This document shows positions 43,821 to 54,609 of a stretch of DNA of 64,000 nucleotides, one piece after another. Both the position numbers and the translations under genes were made by a program. The DNA comes from Bryobacterales bacterium (GTDB taxonomy: Bacteria; Acidobacteriota; Terriglobia; Bryobacterales; UBA6623). Below the pieces are notes generated by a model. That model did not search any database, was not told the DNA's origin, and saw only the letters and a program-made list of their open reading frames with translations. The stretch lies in contig OY729428.2 of the NCBI GenBank assembly GCA_963422375.2, positions 512,001 to 576,000 of the forward strand, in the 5' to 3' direction. Each line of letters opens with the position of its first letter. Within the stretch, counting starts at the first letter, position 1.

Positions 43821-46361
43821 TTGATCGCCCGGGCTCCTGCTAGCATTTCCGCCGTGCGACTCCTTGCGCTGGCCATGCTCGCAATCGTTCCCTTGGCGGG
43901 CCTCGAGCCGCTCGCCCAGGATCGCGGAGCTTCCGGGCTCCGGCAGACCCTGCGCAGCCTCGCCAGCCCCTATCGAGTGCTGCACGTGGTCGCGCATCCG
44001 GACGACGAGGACGGCCCGGTCCTGACCTACCTGAGCCGCGGACTGGGCGCGGACGTGACGATCGCGTCGGTCACGCGAGGCGAGTCCGGCGCGAACCTCG
44101 TCACCGGGGACTTCTTCGACGCGCTGGGCGTGCTCCGGACGCTGGAATACCGCAAGGCCGCGCAGTACTACGGGACGCGGCTCCGGTTCACGGCGCTCGC
44201 CGACTTCGGGTACTCCAAGTCGCTGGACGAGACCTTGGCGAAGTGGGACCGCAACCGCGTGACGGCCGATCTGGTCCGCATCATCCGCGAGGAGCGGCCG
44301 CACGTCGTGCTGTCCAAGTGGCACGGCGGCCCGCCCGACGGGCACGGTCACCACCAAGCCGCGGGCCTGCTGGCGGCCGAGGCCTACCGGGCCGCCTCGG
44401 ACGGGTCGCGATACCCCGAGGCCGGAGCGGCGTGGGCGCCCTCCAAGCTGTACCTCGGCAACCGCCGGGAGGGCCAGACCTGGACTCTCGAGATCGATGC
44501 CGGGGTCTACGACCCGCTGCTCGGCATGACGTACGCCCAGATGGCGCGGGAGGGGCTGCGCCACCAGCGCTCCCAAGGGGCCGGCTCGGCCATCGCGGGG
44601 CCGGGCCCGTCCGTCCGGCGGTATCTGCTGGCCGAATCCCGGGTCGGCGCGGCCGAGCGCGAGGAGTCGATCTTCGAGCGCATCGGGCTGTCCCTCCCGG
44701 CCGGCGTCGCCGAGGCGGTCTCGGCGGCCACCCGGGCCTTTTCGTCCGACGATCCCGCGGCTTGCCTGCCCGACCTGCTGCGCGGACTCGAGGCGGTGCG
44801 CGCCGAGCGCCGGGCCGGCGACACCCTCGGCCTCTCGCGCCTCGAGGAGCGGTTCGAGGCCGCTATCCGGCAGTCCATCGGACTCCAATTCGACTTCCTC
44901 GTCGAGCCAGAGCCCGAGGACCGCGGGCGGTTCTCGTCGTTCCGGCCATACGAGACCGTCAGCGTGGCCGTGCCGGGCAGCGCGCTCGAGGCGTCGGTGC
45001 AGTTCCGCGCCGCAGCCCGGCCGCCCGACGAGCTGGAGATTCACGTCGCGGCGCCGGACGGATGGGGGGTCCGGCCCGCCGGACGGAACCGCTTCCGCGT
45101 GAGCGTGCCGGCAGACGCCCGGCACACGGCCGTGCATTGGACCCGGGCATCAGTGCGTGACGCTTCCTACGAGTACGTCGGCCCGAGCCTCTGGGGCCGG
45201 GACCTGCCGCCCGCCCCTCTGCAGGCGGCCGCCTCGTTCCGCTTCGGCGACACGGTCGTGCGAGCGCGCGCAGCGGCGCAGGCCAGCTTCATCGACGAGC
45301 GGCGCGTGCAGCGCCGCAGGGACCTAGCCGTCGGGCCGGCCGTCTCGGTGGAATTCCCGACGGACGCCGGCGCGATCCCGCGGGGCATCGACGCGTACCG
45401 CCTCTCCGTGAGCTTGCGGGGGTACAGCCGCGAGCCGGTGCGCGGGGCGGTGCGGCTGAAGCTTCCCAACGGCTGGGCCGCCGAGCCGGCCGAGGCACCG
45501 TTCGATTTCGCCAAGGAGGGCGAGGCCGCCATGATCGAGTTCTCTGTGCGGCCCGCCCGGAACGCCCCGCCCGGCACCTACGCCATCGAAGCCGAGGCGG
45601 CCTACGAGGGCGGCCGGTCGTCCGCCGGATTCCGCCGGATCCGCTACGGCGACCTCGAAACCGCCTACCTGGCGCGCCCGGCCCGGCACCTGGCGCGCGT
45701 AATCGCGGTGAAGACCGCGCCCGGCCTGCGAATCGGATACGTCGAGGGAACGGGCGACGACGTGCCCGGCAGCATCGGCCAGCTGGGAGCCGAGGTGACT
45801 CTTCTCGACGAAGCGGACCTGGCCTCGGGCGACCTCTCGCGGTTCGACGCGATCCTGCTCGGCATCCGGGCGTACGCCGTGCGCGAGGACCTCAAGGCCC
45901 ACAACGCCCGCCTGCTCGACTACGTCGCGGGCGGCGGCGTGCTGGTGGTCCAGTACAACACCCCCGAGTTCGACAGCAACTACGGCCCCTATCCGTACAG
46001 GATGACCCGGCGGCCGGAGGAGGTCAGCGAGGAGGACTCGCCAGTGCGGATCCTGGCGCCGGACGATCCGGTCTTCAACTGGCCCAACCGCATCGGCCCC
46101 GAGGACTTTCTCGGCTGGGTCGAGCAGCGCGGCTCGAAGTTCCTCGTCGAGTGGGACGACCGCTACGCCGCCCTGCTCGAGACGCACGACACGGGACAGG
46201 CTCCGCAGCGCGGGGGCTGGGTCGCGGCGCGGCACGGCAAGGGCCTATACGTCTACTGCGCGTACGCCTGGTACCGGCAGCTGCCGTACGCCGTGCCCGG
46301 CGCAGTGCGAATCTTCGCCAATATCCTGGCGCTGGGCGCGGCGGACGCCCCGTGGAGATGA
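43821..46361 (+). CDS. PIG-L family deacetylase with NEW3-like and C-terminal GATase-like domains
   Basis: 'VAHPDDE', 'TRGESG.N', 'DFGYSK', 'HGHHQAAG', 'WVEQRG'; true start probably 43854-43875. Confidence 0.85.
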   Translation: MIARAPASISAVRLLALAMLAIVPLAGLEPLAQDRGASGLRQTLRSLASPYRVLHVVAHPDDEDGPVLTYLSRGLGADVTIASVTRGESGANLVTGDFFDALGVLRTLEYRKAAQYYGTRLRFTALADFGYSKSLDETLAKWDRNRVTADLVRIIREERPHVVLSKWHGGPPDGHGHHQAAGLLAAEAYRAASDGSRYPEAGAAWAPSKLYLGNRREGQTWTLEIDAGVYDPLLGMTYAQMAREGLRHQRSQGAGSAIAGPGPSVRRYLLAESRVGAAEREESIFERIGLSLPAGVAEAVSAATRAFSSDDPAACLPDLLRGLEAVRAERRAGDTLGLSRLEERFEAAIRQSIGLQFDFLVEPEPEDRGRFSSFRPYETVSVAVPGSALEASVQFRAAARPPDELEIHVAAPDGWGVRPAGRNRFRVSVPADARHTAVHWTRASVRDASYEYVGPSLWGRDLPPAPLQAAASFRFGDTVVRARAAAQASFIDERRVQRRRDLAVGPAVSVEFPTDAGAIPRGIDAYRLSVSLRGYSREPVRGAVRLKLPNGWAAEPAEAPFDFAKEGEAAMIEFSVRPARNAPPGTYAIEAEAAYEGGRSSAGFRRIRYGDLETAYLARPARHLARVIAVKTAPGLRIGYVEGTGDDVPGSIGQLGAEVTLLDEADLASGDLSRFDAILLGIRAYAVREDLKAHNARLLDYVAGGGVLVVQYNTPEFDSNYGPYPYRMTRRPEEVSEEDSPVRILAPDDPVFNWPNRIGPEDFLGWVEQRGSKFLVEWDDRYAALLETHDTGQAPQRGGWVAARHGKGLYVYCAYAWYRQLPYAVPGAVRIFANILALGAADAPWR

Positions 46362-47998
46362 GCGTGCAGCGGCAGCGCGAGTCGGACGTCGTCGTCATAG
46401 GCAGCGGAGCGTCCGGAGGCATGGCGGCCTGGAACCTCGCCCGCAAGGGCCTGCAGGTCGTGCTGCTCGAAGCCGGCTCGCGGTTCTCCCGGGCCGATTT
46501 CTGGACCCACGTGAAGCCTTGGCAGCGGCGGGAGCGGCTGCGTCGCGGCGAGTCCTCGCCGGCGTTCTTCCTGGACCCGGGGGACCAGCCGTACGACACC
46601 GTCCCGGAACGCCCGTTCTCGCTGACGCGGGTGTGGGGCGTCGGCGGCAAGACCAACGTCTGGGGCCGGCTGTCGCTACGCTACTCGGACCTGAACCTGA
46701 CCGAGCCGGAGCGCGACGGATGGGAGATCCCCTGGCCGGTGCGCTACGGCGACCTGGCGCCCTACTACGACCGCGTGGAGCGGCTGGTCGGAGTGTGCGG
46801 CGGCGACGAGGACCTGCCGTGGCTGCCCGGGTCCGCGCACTACCAGCCCGCCCCGCCCGCGCGCTGCGGGGAAGGGCTGATCCGGGCCGCCGCGCAGGCA
46901 GCCGGCCGGCCCGGCGTCGCGACGCGCCTGGCCGTGCGCACGCAGAACTCGGGCGGCGCGCCCAAGTGCCACTACTGCGGCGCCTGCGGCGAGGGCTGCG
47001 ACACGGCCAGCTTCTTCAATACGGCGGACCACCTGATCCCGCCCGCGCTGGCCACGGGCAACCTGCGCCTCGTCGAGAACGCCGTCGCGGCCCGGATCTT
47101 CGTCGACGAGGAGGCTCGCGCCAGCGGCGTCCAGTACTTCGACCGGCTGACCGGCGCGGAGACGGTCATTCCCGCGAAGCGGGTCGTACTGGGGGCGGGC
47201 TGCGTGGACTCGACTCGCATCCTGCTCAACTCCGTGTCGCGCCGCTTCCCCGACGGCCTCGGCAACGCCTCGGACGCATTGGGGAAGTATCTCTGCGAGC
47301 AGGTGCGCGTGAACGTGCATGGCTTCGCGCCGCAGCTGTACGGAGCCCCGTCGCGGAACGATGACGGCATCAGCGGCGGGCACGTGTACTTCCCGCGGCA
47401 CGACACCCCGGACGGCGCACGCGGCTACCTGCGCGGGTTCGGCATCGAGCTGTGGGACATCGGCTGCCAGGCCAACGCCTCGTACGCCAAGCGCCTGCCG
47501 GGCTTCGGCCGGGAGTTCAAGCGAGCCGTGAAGGAACGCTACCCGGCCCGCATCGAGCTGCACCCTTTCGGCGAGGTGCTGCCGCGGGCGACCAACCGCA
47601 TCACGGTGCATCCCGACAGATCGGACCGATACGGCGTGCCGGTGGCCCGCATCGACTACGACATCGGCGAGAACGAGCGCGCGATGGTCGAAGCGATGTA
47701 CGACAAGATCGAGGAGATACTCCACGCGATGCGAGCCGAAGCGCTCCCGTACCGGCGGGGCGAGATCGATGCTTTCGGAAGCGCGATCCACGAGCACGGG
47801 ACCTGCCGCATGGGCAGCGACCCACGCAAGTCGATGCTGGACGGGTACAACCGGATGCACGAGGTCAGCAACGTTCTGGTGGTCGACGGCTCGGCGTTTC
47901 CCACCGCGACGGAGAAGAACCCGACCCTGACGATCCTCGCTCTCAGCTGGCGCGCCACCGATCGCCTTGCGGAGGGCATCCGGACGGGCGAGGCCTGA
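46358..47998 (+). CDS. GMC-family FAD oxidoreductase
   Basis: 'DVVVIGSGASGG', 'VGGKTNVWGR', 'CHYCGACGEGC', 'IHEHGTCRMG', 'KNPTLTILAL'; ATG overlaps the upstream stop. Confidence 0.92.
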   Translation: MSVQRQRESDVVVIGSGASGGMAAWNLARKGLQVVLLEAGSRFSRADFWTHVKPWQRRERLRRGESSPAFFLDPGDQPYDTVPERPFSLTRVWGVGGKTNVWGRLSLRYSDLNLTEPERDGWEIPWPVRYGDLAPYYDRVERLVGVCGGDEDLPWLPGSAHYQPAPPARCGEGLIRAAAQAAGRPGVATRLAVRTQNSGGAPKCHYCGACGEGCDTASFFNTADHLIPPALATGNLRLVENAVAARIFVDEEARASGVQYFDRLTGAETVIPAKRVVLGAGCVDSTRILLNSVSRRFPDGLGNASDALGKYLCEQVRVNVHGFAPQLYGAPSRNDDGISGGHVYFPRHDTPDGARGYLRGFGIELWDIGCQANASYAKRLPGFGREFKRAVKERYPARIELHPFGEVLPRATNRITVHPDRSDRYGVPVARIDYDIGENERAMVEAMYDKIEEILHAMRAEALPYRRGEIDAFGSAIHEHGTCRMGSDPRKSMLDGYNRMHEVSNVLVVDGSAFPTATEKNPTLTILALSWRATDRLAEGIRTGEA

Positions 47999-48478
47999 GG
48001 AAGAGGACGGGAGCGGCTTGGAAGACGGGCCGGGTCGCAGACTCGGGCGCACGGGATGCCTGCCACGGTGCCGGTTCCGCCGTGGAAGCTACCAGCGATT
48101 CCCTCGGAGCGCGCCCGGCGGTCCATGACCGATCCGGCTCCCGCTCGCGGGACGGACAGCGGTCTGGTGCCGGCAACCCGGCCGACGGCATTCCCCGCGC
48201 GTCCGGCCTGCCGAGGCAGAGGCCGGCCGGGCGAACCAAGGAATAGCGGTCCCGAGCCGGCGCCGCGCGGCCCGCGCCCGGCCAGCCGACGATTCCCGTC
48301 GGGATTCGATTCGATCATCTCCAACGGCCGCTCTGGGCATCCGGCCTGCCGGGGACGCGGTCATTGCCATCGAGCCCGGTCCGCGCTATCCTCTGCGACA
48401 GCGAGGCGCGACCGGCGATGTCCGTCGCGCAAGGTCGAGCCGGGCACGGTGCCATAGCACCTCCATGGAATCGCCGAG

Positions 48479-51400
48479 GTGCTCCACGCTCTCGCGGTAG
48501 CGGCTCTCGTCGTCGGTGTCTGCACCGGCGCGGCCGCCGCCGATAGCTCGCACGGGCCGGCGGTTCTGGAACGGCGCTGCGTGCATTGCCACGGGCCGGC
48601 AGCCAGCATGGGCGGCCTGGACCTGTCGGCTAGGTCGTCCGCCCTGCAGGGGGGCTCCAGAGGGCCCGCCCTCGCGCCGTCGGATCCCCCGGCAAGCCTG
48701 CTGCTGGAGCGGGTGATGGCGGGAGAGATGCCCCCGCAATCCCCGCTGCCCGCCGCCGAGAAGGAAGTGCTGCGAGCCTGGATCGCGGGCGGAGCCGAGT
48801 GGCCGGGCGCGATCCCCTCCCGCCGGGCCGGGCCGGACTGGTGGTCGCTGCAGCCGCTCGGCACCGAACCATCCGCCGGCGCCCCGCTCGGCACCGCCGG
48901 AATGGCTGGAGTCGCCGCTGGACCGCTGGGTGTACGCGGCCTTGGAGGATGCCGGCCTGCAACCGGCTCCCGAGGCCGGCCGCCGCGATCTGATTCGCAG
49001 GCTGTCGTTCTCCCTGACCGGCCTGCCCCCGGATCCCGGGGAAGTCGAGGCCTTCGTCGCGGACCAATCGCCCGGCGCCTACGAGAGGCTGGTGGACCGC
49101 CTGCTGGCATCGCCCCACTTCGGAGAGCGGTGGGCGCGGCACTGGCTCGACCTGGTGCGGTTCGCCGAGAGCGAGGGTTTCGAGAGGGACCTGCCGCGCG
49201 ACCACGCCTGGCCCTACCGCGACTACGTGATCCGCAGCTCCAACGAAGACAGGCCCTACCTGCAGTTCGCCCGCGAGCAGATCGCGGGCGACGCGATCGA
49301 GCCGGTCGCCTCCGACGGGATCGTCGCGACCACCATGCTGACGCTCGGGCCGGTGGACGCCGTGGGGCTGACCTCGGCGATTCCCGTGGAGCGCATGACG
49401 AGCCGCGAGGACCTTCTCGAGGACATGCTCGGCACGGTGACCCAGACCTTCCTCGGCCTGACGGTCAACTGCGCGCGCTGCCACGACCACAAGTTCGACC
49501 CGATCACGCAGGAAGAGTACTACCGCATGAAAGCCGCGTTCCAGGCGGTCTGGCCGCCCACGCGCCCCGTACCCTCGGCGGGTCTCGACGTGCTCTTCCC
49601 TCACGGCAGGCCCGCGCTCTCCCCCGCTCGGGAGCGCGCCCGGGCGGACCGCGTGAACCGGCTCGAGGGGCGGATCGCGCACCTCGCCGCGGAGCTGGGC
49701 GGTCTCTACCGCAGCGCCCGCCCCTCGGATCTTCCGGACGAGGCACCGCGTCCCTTCGCGCGTTGGACGTTCGACGCCGACGGCCGCGCGGATCTGGCTC
49801 CGCTGCACCTGCGGTTCGTGGGCGCTGCGGAGGTCGGCGGGGGCTCCTTCCGCCTCCGGCGCAGCGAGCCCGGCCAGCAGCTGGAAGCTTCCGGCCGGGG
49901 CGAAGGCGACGAGGCGATCGGCAAGACCGGTTTCGGCGTCAGCCCGAAGCTGGCCGGCAACATCCGCGAGAGAACCCTCGAGGCCTGGCTCGGCGCGCGG
50001 TCGGAGCCGGACGCCTCGGCAACCGTGATGGAAATCCGGGGTCTCAGCGGCTACCGGGGCGCGGCGGTCGACGGAATTCGCTTCGTGGCGGGCGAGCGCT
50101 CGCGGTGGGAGAACTACTCGGTCGGGCGCTTCCGCTCGGCCCGCGCCGCGGCGGCACCGGAACGGCTCGCCGCCGGGGACCGGGTCCACCTGGCCTTCGC
50201 GTACGCCGCGGACGGCACCATCGCGCTGTTCCGCAACGGCAAGCCGTACGGCGAGCCGTACAAGCCGGACCCGGGCGTTGCCGCGGGCCGTCTGCAGACA
50301 TACCCGGCCGGCGACGCCGTGGTGCGCTTCGCGGCCGGGAAGCAATTCGACATCGCGGAAGCGCGGCTGTACGACCGGGCCCTCTCCCCCGCGGAAGTCG
50401 ACGCGTCCTACCGCAACGGGATCCGGGACTTCACCCGCGACCAACTGGCCGGGCTCGCGCAGGCCGGCCGACGCGACCGGATCGAGACGCTGGAGCGGGA
50501 ACTGGCCGGCCTCCGCGAGGAGCTGGCCGCCCTGCCGGAGCCCGCGCTGACGCACGCGGCGCTTGTCCGCGACGAGGGGCCGACCCATGTCCTGCTGCGA
50601 GGGGCGGCGGACCGGCCGGGCAAGCGAGTGCAGCCGGGCGGCCTCGCCTGCGTCGAGGACGAGGGCGCCTCCGAGGGGGCGCGGCGACGCTCGATGGCGG
50701 AGTGGATCGCGAACCGAATCTGGCAAGGCCATTTCGGGCACGGATTCGTGTCCAATCCGAGCGACCTCGGCTACAACGGCGGCCGGCCGAGCCATCCGGA
50801 GCTGCTGGACTGGCTCGCAGGCGAGCTGGTCAGTCGCGACTGGAGCCTGAAGGCTCTGCACAGGCTGGTCGTGACGTCGCGGGCGTACCGTCAGTCCTCG
50901 CGATTCGCCCCGCGAGCGGCCGCCGTCGACGCGGGCAACCGCCTCCTGTGGCGCTTCCCCTCCCGGCGGCTCGACGGGGAGGCCGCGCGCGACGCGATGC
51001 TGGCGGCGAGCGGGGAACTCAACGGGGCCCTGCACGGCCCGAGCTTCCGGCCGTTCGAGTTCGGCGAGCAGCGCGGCAGCCTGAGGAACTACGTGCTGAC
51101 CGGCGCGGACACGCCCGCGCACCGCCGCCGGACGATCTACCGCATGAACGTGATCACCGGCCGAGACCCGCTGCTCGAGGCGCTCGACTGCCCGATCCCG
51201 TCCACCAGGACCCCGCGGCGGCGATCGACGACGACCGCCCTGCAGGCGCTGAGCCCGATGAACAGCGCGTTCGTCCAGCAGCGGGCGCGGGGGTTCGCCG
51301 CCCGCCTGCAGCGAGAGGCTCCCGACCCGGCCCGCCGGATCCGGCGGGCGTTCGCGCTAGCGCTCGGCCGCCCGCCCCGCCGAGGGGAGATGGAGAGCAG

Positions 51401-51482
51401 CCTGCGCCTGGCGGAACGGGCGGGCCTCGAAGCCCTCTGCTGGGGGCTACTCAACACAAGCGAGTTCCTGTATGTCCGCTAG
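48479..51482 (+). pseudogene. Planctomycete-type cytochrome c/DUF1549/LamG/DUF1553 protein, frameshifted near 48860
   Basis: Frame 1 'RCVHCHG...MPP...WI..GA.W...WWSLQP'; frame 2 'WLESPLDRWV', 'FGERWARHWLDLVRFAES', 'CARCHDHKFDPI', 'PSHPELLDWLA'. Confidence 0.8.
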
Positions 51483-52866
51483 GCTCGGCCGGCGACGGCT
51501 GCTCCTTGACGCCGCGGGCGGCTTCGGATGGGGCGCGCTGGCTGCCCTGCTCCCCCGCGAGGCCCTCGGCAGCGCGGCGCCGGCCCCGGCGCTTGGCGCG
51601 GGCCGGCACCTGCCGCCACGCGCCAAGCGCGTGATCCAGATCTTCGCCCTCGGCGGGATGAGCCACGTAGACACGTTGGACTTTAAGCCCGCGCTGCGCG
51701 AGCGCAACGGCACGCCCTATTCCATGCCCACCTTCTTCGGGCAGGGCGGCAACCTGCGCGGGTCGCCGTGGCCCTTCCGCCAGCACGGCGCCAGCGGCCA
51801 GTGGGTCAGCGCGCTGCTGCCCGCCATTGCCGGCCAGGCCGACCGGCTGACGGTCATCCGGAGCGTGGTCTCCAAGAGCGCCAACCACATGCCGGCGGTC
51901 GCGCAGATGAACACCGGCTTCGTACTCACGGGCTTCCCGGCGATGGGAGCCTGGGTGACCTACGCGCTGGGCTCGGAGAACGCGGACCTGCCGGCTTTCG
52001 TGGTGCTGCCCGACGCGAACAGCCATCCCTGGGGCGGCTCGGCCCAGTGGACGCACGGCTTCCTGCCCGCGACCGCGCAGGGGACCGCGTTCCGGACCCA
52101 CGCGGACGGGGATCCCGTGCCCGACCTAGCCACCCCGGAAGGGGTCGCGCCGGAAGTCCGGGCCGCGGCCGCGGCATGGCTGCGCGGGATGAGCAGCGAG
52201 TACGCCCGCAGCCGTCCCGGCGACTCGAGCCTGGAAGCGCGCGTGCGCAGCTACGAGGTGGCCGCCCGGATGCAGCTGACCGTGCCGGAAATCGCCGACC
52301 TGGACCGCGAGTCGGCAGCGACGCGCGAGCTCTACGGCCTAGCCGGGGAGGAGACGGCCGGCCTGGCGCGGAACTGCCTGCTGGCGCGGCGGCTCGTCGA
52401 GCGCGGCGTGCGGTTCGTGCAGGTCTATCAAGGCGGGTCGGGCAAGAGCTGGGACGCCCATTCCGGCCTGGTCTCCAACCACGAGAAGATGGCGCGGGAG
52501 TACGACCGGCCCGTGGCGGGCCTGCTGGCCGACCTCGCCGGACGCGGCCTGCTGGAGGACACCTTGGTGATGGGCGTCACGGAGTTCGGCCGCACGCCGG
52601 TCTCGCAGGGCGCCGGGCGGGACCACCATCCGAGCTGCTTCACGTGCTGGATGGCGGGGGGCGGGCTCGCGCCCGGCCTGTCCTACGGCGCGTCCGACGA
52701 AGTGGGCTGCAACCCGGCCGAGAGCCCGGTGTCGATCTACGACCTGCACGCGACCGCCCTGCACCTGCTGGGTCTGGACCACGAGCGGCTGACGTTTTAC
52801 CACAACGGCATCGACCGCCGACTCACCGACGTGCATGGCCGCGTGATCGAGGGGCTCGTCGCCTGA
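51472..52866 (+). CDS. DUF1501-domain protein
   Basis: 'AKRVIQIF..GGMSHVDT.D.KP', 'CLLARRLVERGVRFVQ', 'WDAH', 'EFGRTP', 'GRDHHP', 'LGLDHERLT'. Confidence 0.9.
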   Translation: MSARLGRRRLLLDAAGGFGWGALAALLPREALGSAAPAPALGAGRHLPPRAKRVIQIFALGGMSHVDTLDFKPALRERNGTPYSMPTFFGQGGNLRGSPWPFRQHGASGQWVSALLPAIAGQADRLTVIRSVVSKSANHMPAVAQMNTGFVLTGFPAMGAWVTYALGSENADLPAFVVLPDANSHPWGGSAQWTHGFLPATAQGTAFRTHADGDPVPDLATPEGVAPEVRAAAAAWLRGMSSEYARSRPGDSSLEARVRSYEVAARMQLTVPEIADLDRESAATRELYGLAGEETAGLARNCLLARRLVERGVRFVQVYQGGSGKSWDAHSGLVSNHEKMAREYDRPVAGLLADLAGRGLLEDTLVMGVTEFGRTPVSQGAGRDHHPSCFTCWMAGGGLAPGLSYGASDEVGCNPAESPVSIYDLHATALHLLGLDHERLTFYHNGIDRRLTDVHGRVIEGLVA

Positions 52867-52930
52867 GCGGGGCGGCCGCGTCCGGTCGCTTGCCGGAACG
52901 CCTCCCGAATCGCTACGCTGTGAGTACCGC

Positions 52931-53731
52931 ATGGTCAAGACCGAGCGCGAGCACGCCGCCGACATCGTCCGCGTCGGCAAGCTGGTATTCGACAAGGGCT
53001 GGGTGGCAGCCAACGACGGGAACATCTCGATCCGCTTGGACGACGAGCGCGTCATGTGCACGCCCACGGGCGTGTCGAAGGGCATGATGCAGGTCGACGA
53101 CATCATCATCGTGGACTACGCCGGCGACAAGATCGCCGGGCGCCTCGAGCGCACGTCGGAGATCAAGATGCATCTCAAGATCTACGAGCTGCGCGAGGAC
53201 GTCGACTCGGTCGTGCATGCCCATCCGCCCGTGGCGACGGGCTTCGCCGCGGCGGGTCGCGCGCTCGACACGGCTCTGCTGCCCGAGGTGGTGATCGGAC
53301 TGGGCTGCGTGCCCTTGGCCGACTACGGCCTGCCCGGCACCGACGCCCTGACCGAGCCGATGCTGCCGCTGATTCCCAAGTACGACGCGCTGCTGCTGGG
53401 GAACCACGGGGCCGTCAGCTACGGCCAGGACGCCATGCAGGCGTACTTTCGGATGGAGACGGTCGAGCACTTCGCCCGCATCAACTTCGTCGCCGAGATG
53501 CTGGGCGGCGCGCGGGCGCTGCCGCGCGTCGAGGTGGACAAGCTGTTCGAGTCGCGCGGCCGCTACGGCGTCGCGTCGAAGTCGGCGCAGGAGCCCGGTT
53601 GCCCGGTCTCCGCGGAAGAGGGCGTCGCCCCGGCACGGGGCGGCGCGATGGGCGACAATGGTGGGTTCTACGTCACCCGGGACGAGTTGATCCAGTTGCT
53701 GGAAGAGGCGATCCGGGTTAGGGAAGGATGA
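52931..53731 (+). CDS. Class II aldolase/adducin family (FucA-like) with probable C-terminal encapsulation peptide
   Basis: 'ANDGNISIR', 'TPTGVSKG', 'SEIKMHL', 'VVHAHP', 'NHGA'; linker then amphipathic 'RDELIQLLEEAIR'. Confidence 0.88.
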   Translation: MVKTEREHAADIVRVGKLVFDKGWVAANDGNISIRLDDERVMCTPTGVSKGMMQVDDIIIVDYAGDKIAGRLERTSEIKMHLKIYELREDVDSVVHAHPPVATGFAAAGRALDTALLPEVVIGLGCVPLADYGLPGTDALTEPMLPLIPKYDALLLGNHGAVSYGQDAMQAYFRMETVEHFARINFVAEMLGGARALPRVEVDKLFESRGRYGVASKSAQEPGCPVSAEEGVAPARGGAMGDNGGFYVTRDELIQLLEEAIRVREG

Positions 53732-53738
53732 TTAGCTC

Positions 53739-54020
53739 ATGGGCGAAGCCCTCGGATTGATCGAAACTCGCGGATTCGTCTCGCTAGTCGAGTCCGCCGA
53801 CGCCGCCGTCAAGGCGGCCAACGTCACGCTCGTCGGCTGGGAGAAGATCGGCTCGGGCTACGTCACCGTGCTCATGCGCGGCGACGTGGCGGCCGTGAAG
53901 GCGGCCACCGACGCCGGAGCCGCCGCGGCCCGGCGCGTCGGAGAGCTCATCTCCGTCCACGTCATTCCCCGGCCGCACGGCAACCTGGACCAGATCTTCT
54001 CGATCGCCGCGCCCGAGTAG
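53739..54020 (+). CDS. BMC-H hexameric microcompartment shell protein
   Basis: 'ALGLIETRG...[12 protein letters not shown]...[25 protein letters not shown]...HVIPRPH'. Confidence 0.96.
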   Translation: MGEALGLIETRGFVSLVESADAAVKAANVTLVGWEKIGSGYVTVLMRGDVAAVKAATDAGAAAARRVGELISVHVIPRPHGNLDQIFSIAAPE

Positions 54021-54061
54021 GGCCGTCCGTCCGAAGGTTCCCGGCGAAGGATGCGCGCCCC

Positions 54062-54340
54062 ATGATCCTCGCCCGAGTCGTAGGCAACGTCGTCGCCACG
54101 CGCAAGGATCCGAGGCTGGAGGGCAAGAAGCTGCTGGTCCTGCAGCACATCGCTCCCGACGGCAAGCCGCGCGAGAACTACGTGGTCGGCCTCGATACCG
54201 TCGGGGCGGGCGCTCGCGAGACGGTGATCTGCGTCTCCGGCAGCTCGGCGCGCATGGCCTCGGGCATGAAGGACACGCCCGTCGACACGGCCGTCGTGGG
54301 CATCGTGGACAGCGTGAGCCTGCTGCCCGGGAACCGCTGA
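54062..54340 (+). CDS. BMC-P (EutN/CcmL) vertex protein
   Basis: 'MILARVVGNVVATRKDPRLEGKKLL...DTVGAG..E.V....GSSAR...PVDTAVVGIVD'. Confidence 0.95.
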   Translation: MILARVVGNVVATRKDPRLEGKKLLVLQHIAPDGKPRENYVVGLDTVGAGARETVICVSGSSARMASGMKDTPVDTAVVGIVDSVSLLPGNR

Positions 54341-54609
54341 TGCGCCTGGCACGCGTCATCGGGAGCGTGTGCGCGACCGTCAAGGATCCGCAGTTCGAAG
54401 GGCTGAAGCTGCTGCTGATCCAGCCGCTGGGCGCGGACGGGGCCCACTTCGGGAACCCGCTGGTGGCGCTGGACGCGGTAGGCGCGGGCGCGGGCGAGAC
54501 CGTCTACTGGTCGGGCCGGCGCGAGGCCTCCCTAGCGTTCGATCCGGCCGTGCCGACCGACGCGAGCGTGACGGGCATCGTCGACGCGGTCCGCGGGGAG
54601 CCGGCGTGA
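54340..54609 (+). CDS. BMC-P (EutN/CcmL) vertex protein
   Basis: 'MRLARVIGSVCATVKD...GLKLLLIQP...ALDAVGAGAGE...PTDASVTGIVD'. Confidence 0.93.
   Translation: MRLARVIGSVCATVKDPQFEGLKLLLIQPLGADGAHFGNPLVALDAVGAGAGETVYWSGRREASLAFDPAVPTDASVTGIVDAVRGEPA

Noticed and set aside
47999..48478. GC-rich intergenic region as riboswitch or repeat element
   Set aside because: No conserved riboswitch motif and no second copy found in the window.
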